Part shown: positions 41,062 to 49,331 of the stretch, one piece after another | How the letters are laid out: every line of letters begins with the position of its first letter | Position numbering within the stretch: position 1 is the first letter of the stretch | Origin: Desulfobacterales bacterium | GTDB lineage: Bacteria; Desulfobacterota; Desulfobacteria; Desulfobacterales; UBA2245 | NCBI GenBank assembly: GCA_040771865.1 | Contig: JAXGZF010000006.1 | Span: forward strand, 124,001 to 188,000 | Reading direction: 5' to 3' | Length of the DNA: 64,000 nucleotides | Notes under the pieces: generated by a model | Database searches by the model: none | Told to the model about the DNA's origin: nothing | The model's input: only the letters and a program-made list of their open reading frames with translations | Program-made: the position numbers and the translations under genes

Positions 41062-41426
41062 TAATCTTTCTCTGTTTTGACGGATTGTTTCCGTAGCACT
41101 CACCGTCCTCTGCATGCCGCCATCCACAGTAAAACGGCCGCGTAAGCCCCCGATGGCTTATTGGTGAGCCTTTGCGGTTCCATGGTACACCTGTGAATAC
41201 AGGAGTTTTTTAATGAAACGCAAACAACGGAATGCAAACCTGATTATGAATGCTGTCTGGTGCAGAGGGTTCTGAATTCCTGTTTTATTGCCGAAGTACA
41301 GCAATTTTTTTGTCTCTATACCAAATGGCGGGCATTGGCAAGCATTAAATGCGGAGGGCAAATCGTTTTAATTTCGAGAAGGAAATCTGTCTGCGTAGTT
41401 GCTTCGAAGAGCTCATACCCGATTTG

Positions 41427-41571
41427 GTAGGTTGTTGAAAACTAAGCCAAGGGCTGCCATGCTGTGTTGCGCCGTTCTATTCAATGCTTCACGCATGTGC
41501 TTGAATAGGATGCGCTTTTCGTATCGCCACGCGCCTTGCATGACGATTGGATTCCCGTTTTCCAACACCCT
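41427..41571. mobile_element. Diverged, inverted copy of MITE-like element family A
   Basis: The reverse complement (agggtgttggaaaac...gcaaggcgcgtggcgatacgaaaagcgcatcctattcaagcacat...ttttcaacaacct) aligns end to end with 14165-14313. Confidence 0.8.
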
Positions 41572-41585
41572 TTTCGGTATCGGAA

Positions 41586-41635
41586 CAAGGGGTTCGATGT
41601 TTTATATATTCAATGAATTGTCTTCGAACCCCTTG
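41586..41635. repeat. Perfect 12-bp inverted repeat with AT-rich 26-nt spacer
   Basis: caaggggttcga ... tcgaaccccttg, just downstream of the 67-aa ORF. Confidence 0.6.
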
Positions 41636-41680
41636 CCCCCTCCCTGTTTCCAGCCCCGATCAAGGACTTTGAGAACCCGG

Positions 41681-41884
41681 TTAAACGACCCTTACTGCCG
41701 ATGTGCGCGTTATACCGGTTCCGCTTTTAAAAAACACAAAAAAGGGCTGATCAACAGATAGGTTGTCCAGATGGATCTTATTTCCCTTATTGTCCTCCAG
41801 ATAACAGGCAAACATGTTCAGGCTTTTCCGATAAAGTCTTCCCATACTGGAAACCTCGAAGATCCGATCACGAATTTCCGACAT
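41681..41884 (-). CDS. Small hypothetical protein (67 aa) downstream of cobalamin riboswitch
   Basis: Strong RBS AAAGGAG 8 nt before the ATG; the only clear ORF after the riboswitch. Confidence 0.7.
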   Translation of the reverse strand: MSEIRDRIFEVSSMGRLYRKSLNMFACYLEDNKGNKIHLDNLSVDQPFFVFFKSGTGITRTSAVRVV

Positions 41885-42033
41885 TTGAATTGCTCCTTTC
41901 TTTAATGTGGTTTGTGTTCCGTGCGTCTTGCAGTAGCGGGTTTTCCTTGACAGGCCCGCTCGATGGCAGTCGCAGGTAACTCTTTGAAGACACGGATTAT
42001 TTCCGCATGCAATGTTTAAAAACTCCGGTTGCC

Positions 42034-42072
42034 AAAAAAAATCCCCGAACCTGACAGAACAGGTCCGGGGAT
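42034..42072 (-). terminator. Intrinsic terminator in riboswitch expression platform
   Basis: Minus strand atccccggacctg-ttctgt-caggttcggggat followed by a run of T. Confidence 0.85.
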
Positions 42073-42139
42073 ACCGTTTTTAATCCTCGGTCGAAAAGCC
42101 ATGCCCTTTTACCGCGAAAGGCAATGCAAAAAAACTGGC

Positions 42140-42296
42140 TGCAAGCAGGTCTTCCGGCTTCCGGATCATCCTACTGGTCGCGTCTTCCCATCCTTTCAGA
42201 CAGTGACATGCTTGCGACGTTCGTCCCCGGTTACGGCGGCGGGTCCGCGACGGATTCACACCGTCTTCCCGATTAAGGCCCTTAGGGCCGCTTGCA
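42140..42296 (-). promoter_or_regulatory. Cobalamin (B12) riboswitch
   Basis: Minus strand has aatcgggaagacggtgtgaatccgtcgcggacccgccgccgtaa, cactg...gggaag and B12-box agccggaagacctgc. P1 is formed by tgcaagcgg / ctgcttgca. Confidence 0.92.
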
Positions 42297-42509
42297 ATGA
42301 TTGAACACTTACAATAACTTATTAAAAATTGTCAAGAATTTTCTCACAGAATTTTCTCAAATTCAAAGTGGAATCAATCCGACGGTGATTTTTACGACTG
42401 TCTGTTTCTGTCTCGGCCTTTCTGAAACCGCCCGTCTGCACAGAGGAGATCATAAGCGCTGCTCCGATTGATGGGATGTTGAGATATGGTTTCGGTTCGT
42501 CGGCATGTG

Positions 42510-42538
42510 TTGACTTTTCCTGCCGGTTTTTCTATAAG
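42510..42538 (+). promoter_or_regulatory. Putative sigma70 promoter for the HTH-PBP regulator
   Basis: TTGACT-17 nt-TATAAG, about 50 nt upstream of ATG 42589. Confidence 0.55.
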
Positions 42539-42588
42539 AGACCTGTAAGAAGCTTGTTTCAATATAAAATCAACCTATTCGATTTCAC

Positions 42589-43509
42589 ATGCAAAAACTG
42601 CTTTCCACCAAAGAGGTCGCCCAATTTTTAGGTGTAAACGAAAAGATGGTTTACACCCTGATATCCGAAAAGAAACTGCCCGCCACCAAAATTACGGGGA
42701 AGTGGATTTTCCCCCAGCATCTTGTCGAGCAGTGGATCGAGGTAAACACCAGCAATTATCCGACTTCCCGTCAGATGCCTGAAAATCAGGGGCTGCTGGT
42801 TATTATCGGCAGCCATGATCCGCTTCTGGAAAAAACCATATCGCTGTTCAATGCGCTTTCCGGCGACTTTACGGCGGTTTTCGGATGCACGGGAAGCATG
42901 GGCGGACTCAAGGCCCTTCGCCAAAAACGCTGCCACATCGCCACAAGTCATCTGGTCGAGGAAAGCTCCGGAGAATACAATTTTGATTTTGCACACCGGG
43001 AGCTTGAGGTACAGCCCGCGGTGATCAATTTCAGCCGCAGGGAACAGGGTCTGATGGTCCGGCAGGGCAATCCGAAACATATTTTGAAAATCTCCGATCT
43101 TTCCAGGCCGGGACTTCGTATTGCCAACCGGCCCCTTGGAACCGGAACCCGTCTTCTGCTGGACCGGGAACTCAGAAAAAACGAAATCCCCGTCGATCAT
43201 ATTTCCGGATATGAAAAGGAATTTTTTACCCATTTGGATGCAGGGCTTGAGATTCTGGCCGGCCGTGCGGATGCGGCTTTAGGCATTCGTGCTGTGGCCG
43301 CGATGCTGGGCTTGGCCTTCATTCCGGTCTGCTGGGAACGCTATGATCTGCTGATTTCAAAAGACCGGTTCTTTGAGCCCGGCGTACAGCAATTTATTGA
43401 AATGCTCAACTCCAAAGCCTTTGCCGATACGGCCAGAACCTTTCCAGAAGGTTATGATCTTAGCCTGTGCGGCAAAATGCTTTTCGGTCCAAAGCCATCG
43501 AGCTCCTGA
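42589..43509 (+). CDS. Excisionase-type HTH + PBP-like (molybdate/tungstate-binding) transcriptional regulator
   Basis: LLSTKEVAQFLGVNEKMVY..ITGKWIFP HTH, then GSHD, GSMGG, REQGL, NRPLGTGTR and FTHLD, similar to the PBP domain of the MoeA fusion. Confidence 0.88.
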   Translation: MQKLLSTKEVAQFLGVNEKMVYTLISEKKLPATKITGKWIFPQHLVEQWIEVNTSNYPTSRQMPENQGLLVIIGSHDPLLEKTISLFNALSGDFTAVFGCTGSMGGLKALRQKRCHIATSHLVEESSGEYNFDFAHRELEVQPAVINFSRREQGLMVRQGNPKHILKISDLSRPGLRIANRPLGTGTRLLLDRELRKNEIPVDHISGYEKEFFTHLDAGLEILAGRADAALGIRAVAAMLGLAFIPVCWERYDLLISKDRFFEPGVQQFIEMLNSKAFADTARTFPEGYDLSLCGKMLFGPKPSSS

Positions 43510-43629
43510 TTTTTTCAAGCGGGCACTTCTCCTTCTACCCGTTTGCCGAAAAACATTAACGCGGCTTTTCTGTCCGATTCATTGTCTATAAGGGTGATCA
43601 AGGGGCTTGAAGCTTCTCAAAAAGGAATG

Positions 43630-43863
43630 ATGAATTTGAAAACATACGGATGGCGCGGCTGGAAAATGCCCCTGAACGACCCGAATGATCCGGACTACTG
43701 CGAAGATGGTTGTCCGATCTGCCGGAAAGCAAGGGAAGGCAACCCCTTTGCGGCGGTTTTGCAAAAAGCGGAGCTGTTTCTAACCCGCGGCGGGTGCTGC
43801 TGGGGCAAGGCCCGGAAAAGGAAATACGGGGTCAATCCCGACGAACCCCTTTCCGCCCGATGA
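43630..43863 (+). CDS. Small Cys-rich hypothetical protein
   Basis: YCEDGCPIC ... GCCWG pattern; start uncertain (43627, 43630 or 43666). Confidence 0.6.
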   Translation: MNLKTYGWRGWKMPLNDPNDPDYCEDGCPICRKAREGNPFAAVLQKAELFLTRGGCCWGKARKRKYGVNPDEPLSAR

Positions 43864-43910
43864 ATCGCCGTAAAAGCAGACTGTTTGCCGCAAAAAGATA
43901 TTTGGGGCGG

Positions 43911-45896
43911 TTAGAACAGCTGAAGCCGATTTCGGTAAGCGTCGATCACGACATCGGGATCTCCGGTGATGATGATGTTGTCCGCGATCCATTCGGGTGC
44001 GCGGCGGGACCGGATCATCTCCAGAATCTGGGTGTGCAGCCCCCCCCAGTAATCTCCCTTTCCCTCGGTGTCAAAAAGAATCACCGGAACGCGGTCCAAA
44101 ATTGCAAGCTTCATATTGCACAGGGTAATGCCCAGTTCTTCCAGAGAGCCGATGCCGCCGATGTTGAATATGGGAAAAGAGGCCACCTCGAACCATTTCT
44201 GCCGGCTGTGGCGGCAGGTGGCTTGAAACACCTGACAGAAATCCACATCCGTGGTCATGGGCTGATCGGTAATATCCAGATAGTTGGCGCCGGACAGGAT
44301 TCCATGTTTTCTTGCCAGGGTGTTGACGTGCTCCATCACACCGCTGCCGCCGCCGGTAACGATGCCGATGTTCTGTCCCCAGTAGTCCACCAGTGCCTTA
44401 ATCAGTTCTTCCAGCCGCCGGACTCCTGCCTCTGAAAGTTCCAGGTTGGAACCGAAAAATGCAAACAGCATGGACCTGTGGAAGTCTGTCAGGCGTTCCG
44501 GCGCTACGAAATAGCCTTTGCCGTCGCGCATGGCATGAACCATCAGGCGGCTGTTCAGACGTGAAACCCAGAACACATCGATGCCGAAGTCATGATAATC
44601 CTGAAGCCGGTTGTGATCCAGCTGGGAAAGAAACTGGCCGTGCTCCCGGGAGGGCTCGAAAAAATAAAAAGATTCGATCTGGTTGGTTCCATTGCAGGCC
44701 AGATTGATGATATCCCGATGCTCGATGATATTGGGGAAATATTTCAGCGCCAGACTGACCGATTCGCCGTTAAGCGCCCTGGCGATTTTGGATGTGGCAA
44801 ATACCTGAGCGCAGGAACTGTTGCGTGTGAAAATCCGTCGCTGAAGCGCGCAGACCGGCTGGCTGACCGTACATTGTTCGTCCGGGCCGTTCACATATAT
44901 CTCGGCTTTTGCCAGGGCCTTGGGCTGAGGGCGAACGATGGCCGCCGGCTTTGCCAGAAAGGGGCAGGTATCGGATTTGACCTCGCTCAGGCGATTTTCA
45001 AACCAGCGCATCTCATCGTATGTATAGGTCGGCGCGTTGCTGAATGTGTTTTCTCCTACATCAAGGAATTCGGGCTTCGGCGCCCGATAAATTCTGGCCG
45101 AAATGAGCGGATTGACGATGGGATGTCTGCTCCGGTTCACGATTTCCAGATAGATTCCGATTCCTCGTGTTTTGATCGGATCCAGAATGGTTGCCGGAAG
45201 ATGCCGGCCGAGTTCGGATCCGGCCTGAAGCACGACGTAATGTTCATTGAGAAACATGGAACAGGTGGTGATTACCCCCTGCCCCGGAGGAATGATCAGC
45301 GCCGATACCTTTTCCTTGATCTGATAGCGGTTGAGAATTTCCCGGCCGTTTTCCTTGAAAAGAATTCGGCCCAATATTTCCTGGCTCAGAGGCTCCCTGA
45401 GCTTGCATACCGCCCGGTGAGGCGCAATCAGAATGCTTCCGTCGCTGGAAATCGTCGTGGATGCAGGCAGCTTGAGCTGGGCCCGTTCAATGGCCTCAAG
45501 AACCTCATCGGAGGTCAACATGGCCTCCGGATCGCAGAACACCAGGCGGCCTACGGCAAGACCGGTGGTAAAAAAATCCTTGAACGCATACAGACCCGGG
45601 TAACCCGGGATTTCCGACGAGGCTGTCAGCGTCAGGGTCAGAATGTCCTTCTCAAGGCAGTTCGTTTGGGGAGATTGACATTCGATCTGGATTCCCAGCC
45701 GGGCGATTCGCGACCTTTCGCTGAAGATCAGATTCTCAGGCTGCGTCTTGAGCCTGTGGATCAGAATTTCTGAAACCCTGAAGGCCGTTCGGAAGGTGAT
45801 GGTTTCCGTATTGGATTCCAAAACCTCGGTGATAATTCCGTCCTCGGACTGGAGCAGGCCTCGAAACAGGGAATCTTCCATGGATTTTTTCAACAT
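43911..45896 (-). CDS. Large multidomain LOG (SLOG) family protein
   Basis: C-terminal FFGS, VTGGGSGVME, RQ and GGIGSLEE (PGGxGTxxE-like) motifs; about 470-aa N-terminal extension. Confidence 0.85.
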   Translation of the reverse strand: MLKKSMEDSLFRGLLQSEDGIITEVLESNTETITFRTAFRVSEILIHRLKTQPENLIFSERSRIARLGIQIECQSPQTNCLEKDILTLTLTASSEIPGYPGLYAFKDFFTTGLAVGRLVFCDPEAMLTSDEVLEAIERAQLKLPASTTISSDGSILIAPHRAVCKLREPLSQEILGRILFKENGREILNRYQIKEKVSALIIPPGQGVITTCSMFLNEHYVVLQAGSELGRHLPATILDPIKTRGIGIYLEIVNRSRHPIVNPLISARIYRAPKPEFLDVGENTFSNAPTYTYDEMRWFENRLSEVKSDTCPFLAKPAAIVRPQPKALAKAEIYVNGPDEQCTVSQPVCALQRRIFTRNSSCAQVFATSKIARALNGESVSLALKYFPNIIEHRDIINLACNGTNQIESFYFFEPSREHGQFLSQLDHNRLQDYHDFGIDVFWVSRLNSRLMVHAMRDGKGYFVAPERLTDFHRSMLFAFFGSNLELSEAGVRRLEELIKALVDYWGQNIGIVTGGGSGVMEHVNTLARKHGILSGANYLDITDQPMTTDVDFCQVFQATCRHSRQKWFEVASFPIFNIGGIGSLEELGITLCNMKLAILDRVPVILFDTEGKGDYWGGLHTQILEMIRSRRAPEWIADNIIITGDPDVVIDAYRNRLQLF

Positions 45897-46167
45897 TTAT
45901 ACTCTCCCGGTGAAACCGATTTGAAATGGAATGGCGCCGTTCGACGGTGATCGTAAAAATATACAAGAAGCAAAAACCATGTCAAGATTGTTGGGTATTT
46001 TGATGCCTGATCGAGAATTAACCGTTGCCGCTATCTGATCAATTTTCATAACATGCAGCATCAGGGCTCCTTCGGTTTTGGGAAATCCGTTCCGGAAGGC
46101 AAAATTATCAGAATTTTTCAAAACGGCTCATGAATTCACCCGGAGATTCAAGAAGAAAGATAAATTC

Positions 46168-46198
46168 TTGACAAACAGAAATTTCTTTGATTATTAAT
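46168..46198 (+). promoter_or_regulatory. Putative sigma70 promoter upstream of leader peptide
   Basis: TTGACA at 46168, AT-rich -10 region (tattaat) 18 nt later. Confidence 0.55.
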
Positions 46199-46239
46199 CT
46201 AAAAAATTAATCGGCATTACACCGGAGATTCAGCGAGTC

Positions 46240-46287
46240 ATGAATGCGGAAAGGCAAAAATACTACTGGTGGTGGCGCGGCTTCTGA
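46240..46287 (+). CDS. Trp-rich attenuator leader peptide MNAERQKYYWWWRGF
   Basis: ATG AAT GCG GAA AGG CAA AAA TAC TAC TGG TGG TGG CGC GGC TTC TGA; GGAG upstream; followed by hairpins and a terminator. Confidence 0.85.
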   Translation: MNAERQKYYWWWRGF

Positions 46288-46372
46288 GGCTGCTCACCCC
46301 TGAACAAAATATTCAGAGCCGTGGGCGGTTTCGCAATGCAAGGCGGAAGCAGCTTACGGCTTTTTCGGTTTC

Positions 46373-46405
46373 AAGGCCGGGGTTCTTCTGACCCGGCCTT
46401 TTTTT
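46373..46405 (+). terminator. Attenuator (intrinsic terminator) before dctP
   Basis: aaggccggg...cccggcctt then ttttt, about 40 nt before the dctP start. Confidence 0.85.
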
Positions 46406-46443
46406 ATGGTTATGGACGTCAACCGCTTTTAAGGAGGATTGTT

Positions 46444-47469
46444 ATGAAACAAAATGCTTTCAGAATGACATTCGTACTGCTGGCGGCCATCTTCGCATGC
46501 ACACTGCTGCCGCAAACACCTGTCCACGCGGAAACCATCAGTCTGAGCTACGCGAACTTCCCCGCAGCAACCACATTTCCCTGCGTTCAGATGGAACGAT
46601 GGAAAACAGAGGTCGAGAAGCGAACCGCAGGAAAGGTCGTCATCAATACCTTTCCCGGCGGCACGCTTCTGGACGCCAAGGACATGATGGACGGCGTTAT
46701 TGCCGGTCAGGCCGATATCGGAAATCTGTGTATGGCCTACCAGCCCGGCCGGTTTGTTCTGACCAACGCCATGGGTCTGCCCCTGGGCGTGCCCAACGCC
46801 AGGGTCGGGAGCCTTGTGCTCTGGGATCTTTATCAGAAATACAATCCTGAAGCATTTTCCAAGGTCAAGGTGCTGACTATGTTCACCACGGCTCCTTCGA
46901 ACATCATGTCCCGAAAACCGGTCCAAAGCCTGGCGGACTTAAAAGGCATGAATATTCGGGCATCCGGAGGCGCCGCTGAAATTATCAAGCTCTGGGGCGC
47001 GAATCAGGTGGGCATGCCCATGTCGTCCACCCCCGAAGCGCTTCAGCGGGGGGTGGTTCAGGGACTGTTTTCTTCTCTGGAAGTCATGAAGGATTACCAG
47101 TTCGCCGAGGTTTGCCGTTATGTCACCCTGACCGAGACGGTGGTGTATCCATTTGCCGTGGTCATGAATCTGGAACGCTGGAATTCACTGCCCCCCGAAA
47201 TTCAGAAGGTCATGAACGACCTTTCTGTAGAGCAGTCCGAATGGACCGGAACCTACATGGACGATCATGTCCGGGAAGCGGTCGAGTGGTCCAAAAAGGA
47301 GCACCAGGTCGTGTTTACGAAGTTTTCCGAAGCGGATCAGGCCCAAAGCCAGTCGCTGCTCACGCCCATGGTCAACACCTGGATTCAGGAAGCCCAGGCC
47401 AAAGGGATTCCCGGGCAGGCGGTTGTCGATGATATTCATGCGCTGATTCAAAAATACAATGCCAAGTAA
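46444..47469 (+). CDS. dctP: TRAP transporter substrate-binding protein
   Basis: Signal peptide, FPGGTLL, DLKGMNIRASG (conserved Arg) and ALQRGVV; AAGGAGG RBS. Confidence 0.93.
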   Translation: MKQNAFRMTFVLLAAIFACTLLPQTPVHAETISLSYANFPAATTFPCVQMERWKTEVEKRTAGKVVINTFPGGTLLDAKDMMDGVIAGQADIGNLCMAYQPGRFVLTNAMGLPLGVPNARVGSLVLWDLYQKYNPEAFSKVKVLTMFTTAPSNIMSRKPVQSLADLKGMNIRASGGAAEIIKLWGANQVGMPMSSTPEALQRGVVQGLFSSLEVMKDYQFAEVCRYVTLTETVVYPFAVVMNLERWNSLPPEIQKVMNDLSVEQSEWTGTYMDDHVREAVEWSKKEHQVVFTKFSEADQAQSQSLLTPMVNTWIQEAQAKGIPGQAVVDDIHALIQKYNAK

Positions 47470-47502
47470 ACGCAACGCCCATCTTGAATGGGTTGAAAAT
47501 TC

Positions 47503-48009
47503 ATGGAAATTTCAATGATTGCCTTTCTGGATAAAATCAATGCTCACGCCAACCGCATTCTGGTTTTTATCGGCGGCGCCTGTCTGGTCGGCATGATCGT
47601 TCTGACATGCGCCAATATTCTGTTCCGGTTGACCTGGGTCCCCATTCAGGGCGCTTTTGAATTGATGGGCCTTTTCGGCGCCGTGGTCACGGCCTTTGCC
47701 CTGGGGCCGACCCAGCGCAAAAGAGGCCATGTATGCGCCGATGTGCTGGTCAATACATTTCCCGTAAATATTCAAAGAATGCTCCGTGCGCTGGCGAATC
47801 TGATCGGTATGGCATTTTTTGCGATCCTTGGCCGGCAGGTCGTCAAAATCGGCGTCATCCTTTTCTCCAGCGGCGAGGTGACGGAAACGCTGCGCATTAT
47901 TTACTATCCCTTCACCTTTGCCGTGGCTCTGGGATGTGCGGATATGATGCTGGTCCTGTTCACGGATTTTATCAAGGAGGTTTTACCTGACAAGGAAGGT
48001 GGCCGATGA
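47503..48009 (+). CDS. dctQ: TRAP transporter small permease
   Basis: Four TM segments, GH..DV motif; lies between dctP and dctM. Confidence 0.9.
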   Translation: MEISMIAFLDKINAHANRILVFIGGACLVGMIVLTCANILFRLTWVPIQGAFELMGLFGAVVTAFALGPTQRKRGHVCADVLVNTFPVNIQRMLRALANLIGMAFFAILGRQVVKIGVILFSSGEVTETLRIIYYPFTFAVALGCADMMLVLFTDFIKEVLPDKEGGR

Positions 48010-49310
48010 GTCTGGCGGCGATCGGCATTCTTGGCATTCTGGCGCTGCTGGCTGCGATATTTTTACTGGCGGTTCCGGTCGGATTGGCCATGGGCGTTGT
48101 CGGTTTTCTGGGGTTTTCCTATATCGTGAGCTTTAAGGCGAGCATCAACATGACCGGATCGGCGATCTGGTCCACCTTTTCCCATTATGGATTCACCGTC
48201 ATACCCATGTTTATCTTCATGGGACAGATCGCCTACTATTCCGGGGTCAACGAGAAGCTTTACAGATGCGCCCACAAATGGGTCGGCCATATCCGGGGAG
48301 GCATTGCCATGGCTACGGTGCTCGCCTGCGCCGCCTTTTCCGCCATATGCGGATCCAACGCCGCCACCGCCGCCACCATGTCGACCGTGGCCCTGCCTGA
48401 AATGAAAAAATACCGGTACAATCCGAAACTGAGCACCGGATCGGTTGCCTGCGGATCCACGCTGGGCGTGGTGATACCCCCCAGCGTGGTTCTGATCGTC
48501 ATCGGGCTGTCGACCGAGCAGTCCATCGCCAGGCTGTTTTACGGAGGCGTCAGCGCCGGTCTTGTTCTGGCGGCCTTGCTGATGATCACGATCTGGTGTC
48601 TGTGCTGTTTCTACCCGGAATGGGGTCCGGTTGCCCCTCCCAGTTCCTGGAAGGAGAAGATCCGGTCCCTTGCCGGCGCCTATGAAATGGCTGTTCTGTT
48701 TCTGCTGGTCATGCTCGGGTTGTATACCGGCATTTTTACTCCATCAGAAGCCGGCGCGGCGGGTGCATTTCTGGCGGTTTGCATTACCGCGTTTCAGGGA
48801 AAACTGACATGGAAGGTGTTTTCCGCCGCCGTCAACGATACGCTGAGAATCTCGTGCATGGTGATCTTCATCGTGACAGGGGCCGTGATCTTCGGCCGCT
48901 TTCTGGCCGTGACCCGCGTGCCTTACGACATTGCCTCATGGGTGGTGGGGCTTCCCTTTTCCAAGACCGCCATCATGCTGGTAATTTTCGGCATTTACAT
49001 TCTGGGCGGAGCGATCATGGATGCGCTGGCCCTTTTGATGATTACCATTCCGATCTTTTTTCCCGTCGCCGTCGAGCTCGGATATGATCCGCTCTGGTTT
49101 GCCGTGGTCATCACGGTGATCACGACCCTGGGCGCCGTCACGCCGCCGGTGGGCGCCACCACCTATGTGGTTGCCGCCATGGCCAGGGACGTTTCTCTGG
49201 AAGCGGTTTTCCGCGGAGTGGCATTCTTTTTGCCGGCCTATATCCTGTGCATCCTTTTGTTGATGGCCTTTCCCTGGCTGATAACCTTTTTACCGGCTCT
49301 CATGCATTGA
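48006..49310 (+). CDS. dctM: TRAP transporter large permease
   Basis: IPMFIFMG, FSAICGSNAATAA, GVVIPPS, FTPSEAGA and TPPVG motifs. Confidence 0.95.
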   Translation: MSLAAIGILGILALLAAIFLLAVPVGLAMGVVGFLGFSYIVSFKASINMTGSAIWSTFSHYGFTVIPMFIFMGQIAYYSGVNEKLYRCAHKWVGHIRGGIAMATVLACAAFSAICGSNAATAATMSTVALPEMKKYRYNPKLSTGSVACGSTLGVVIPPSVVLIVIGLSTEQSIARLFYGGVSAGLVLAALLMITIWCLCCFYPEWGPVAPPSSWKEKIRSLAGAYEMAVLFLLVMLGLYTGIFTPSEAGAAGAFLAVCITAFQGKLTWKVFSAAVNDTLRISCMVIFIVTGAVIFGRFLAVTRVPYDIASWVVGLPFSKTAIMLVIFGIYILGGAIMDALALLMITIPIFFPVAVELGYDPLWFAVVITVITTLGAVTPPVGATTYVVAAMARDVSLEAVFRGVAFFLPAYILCILLLMAFPWLITFLPALMH

Positions 49311-49331
49311 AAGCCCGCATTAAGGTATGAG

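Noticed and set aside
41093..41120. CIRCE-like half site TAGCACTC
   Set aside because: No second half at 9-nt spacing and not upstream of a chaperone; no CIRCE was seen before htpG or clpB either.
41062..41200. Possible c-di-GMP riboswitch upstream of the 52-aa ORF
   Set aside because: Only a CGCAAAG-like fragment is present; the GNRA/receptor architecture is not evident.
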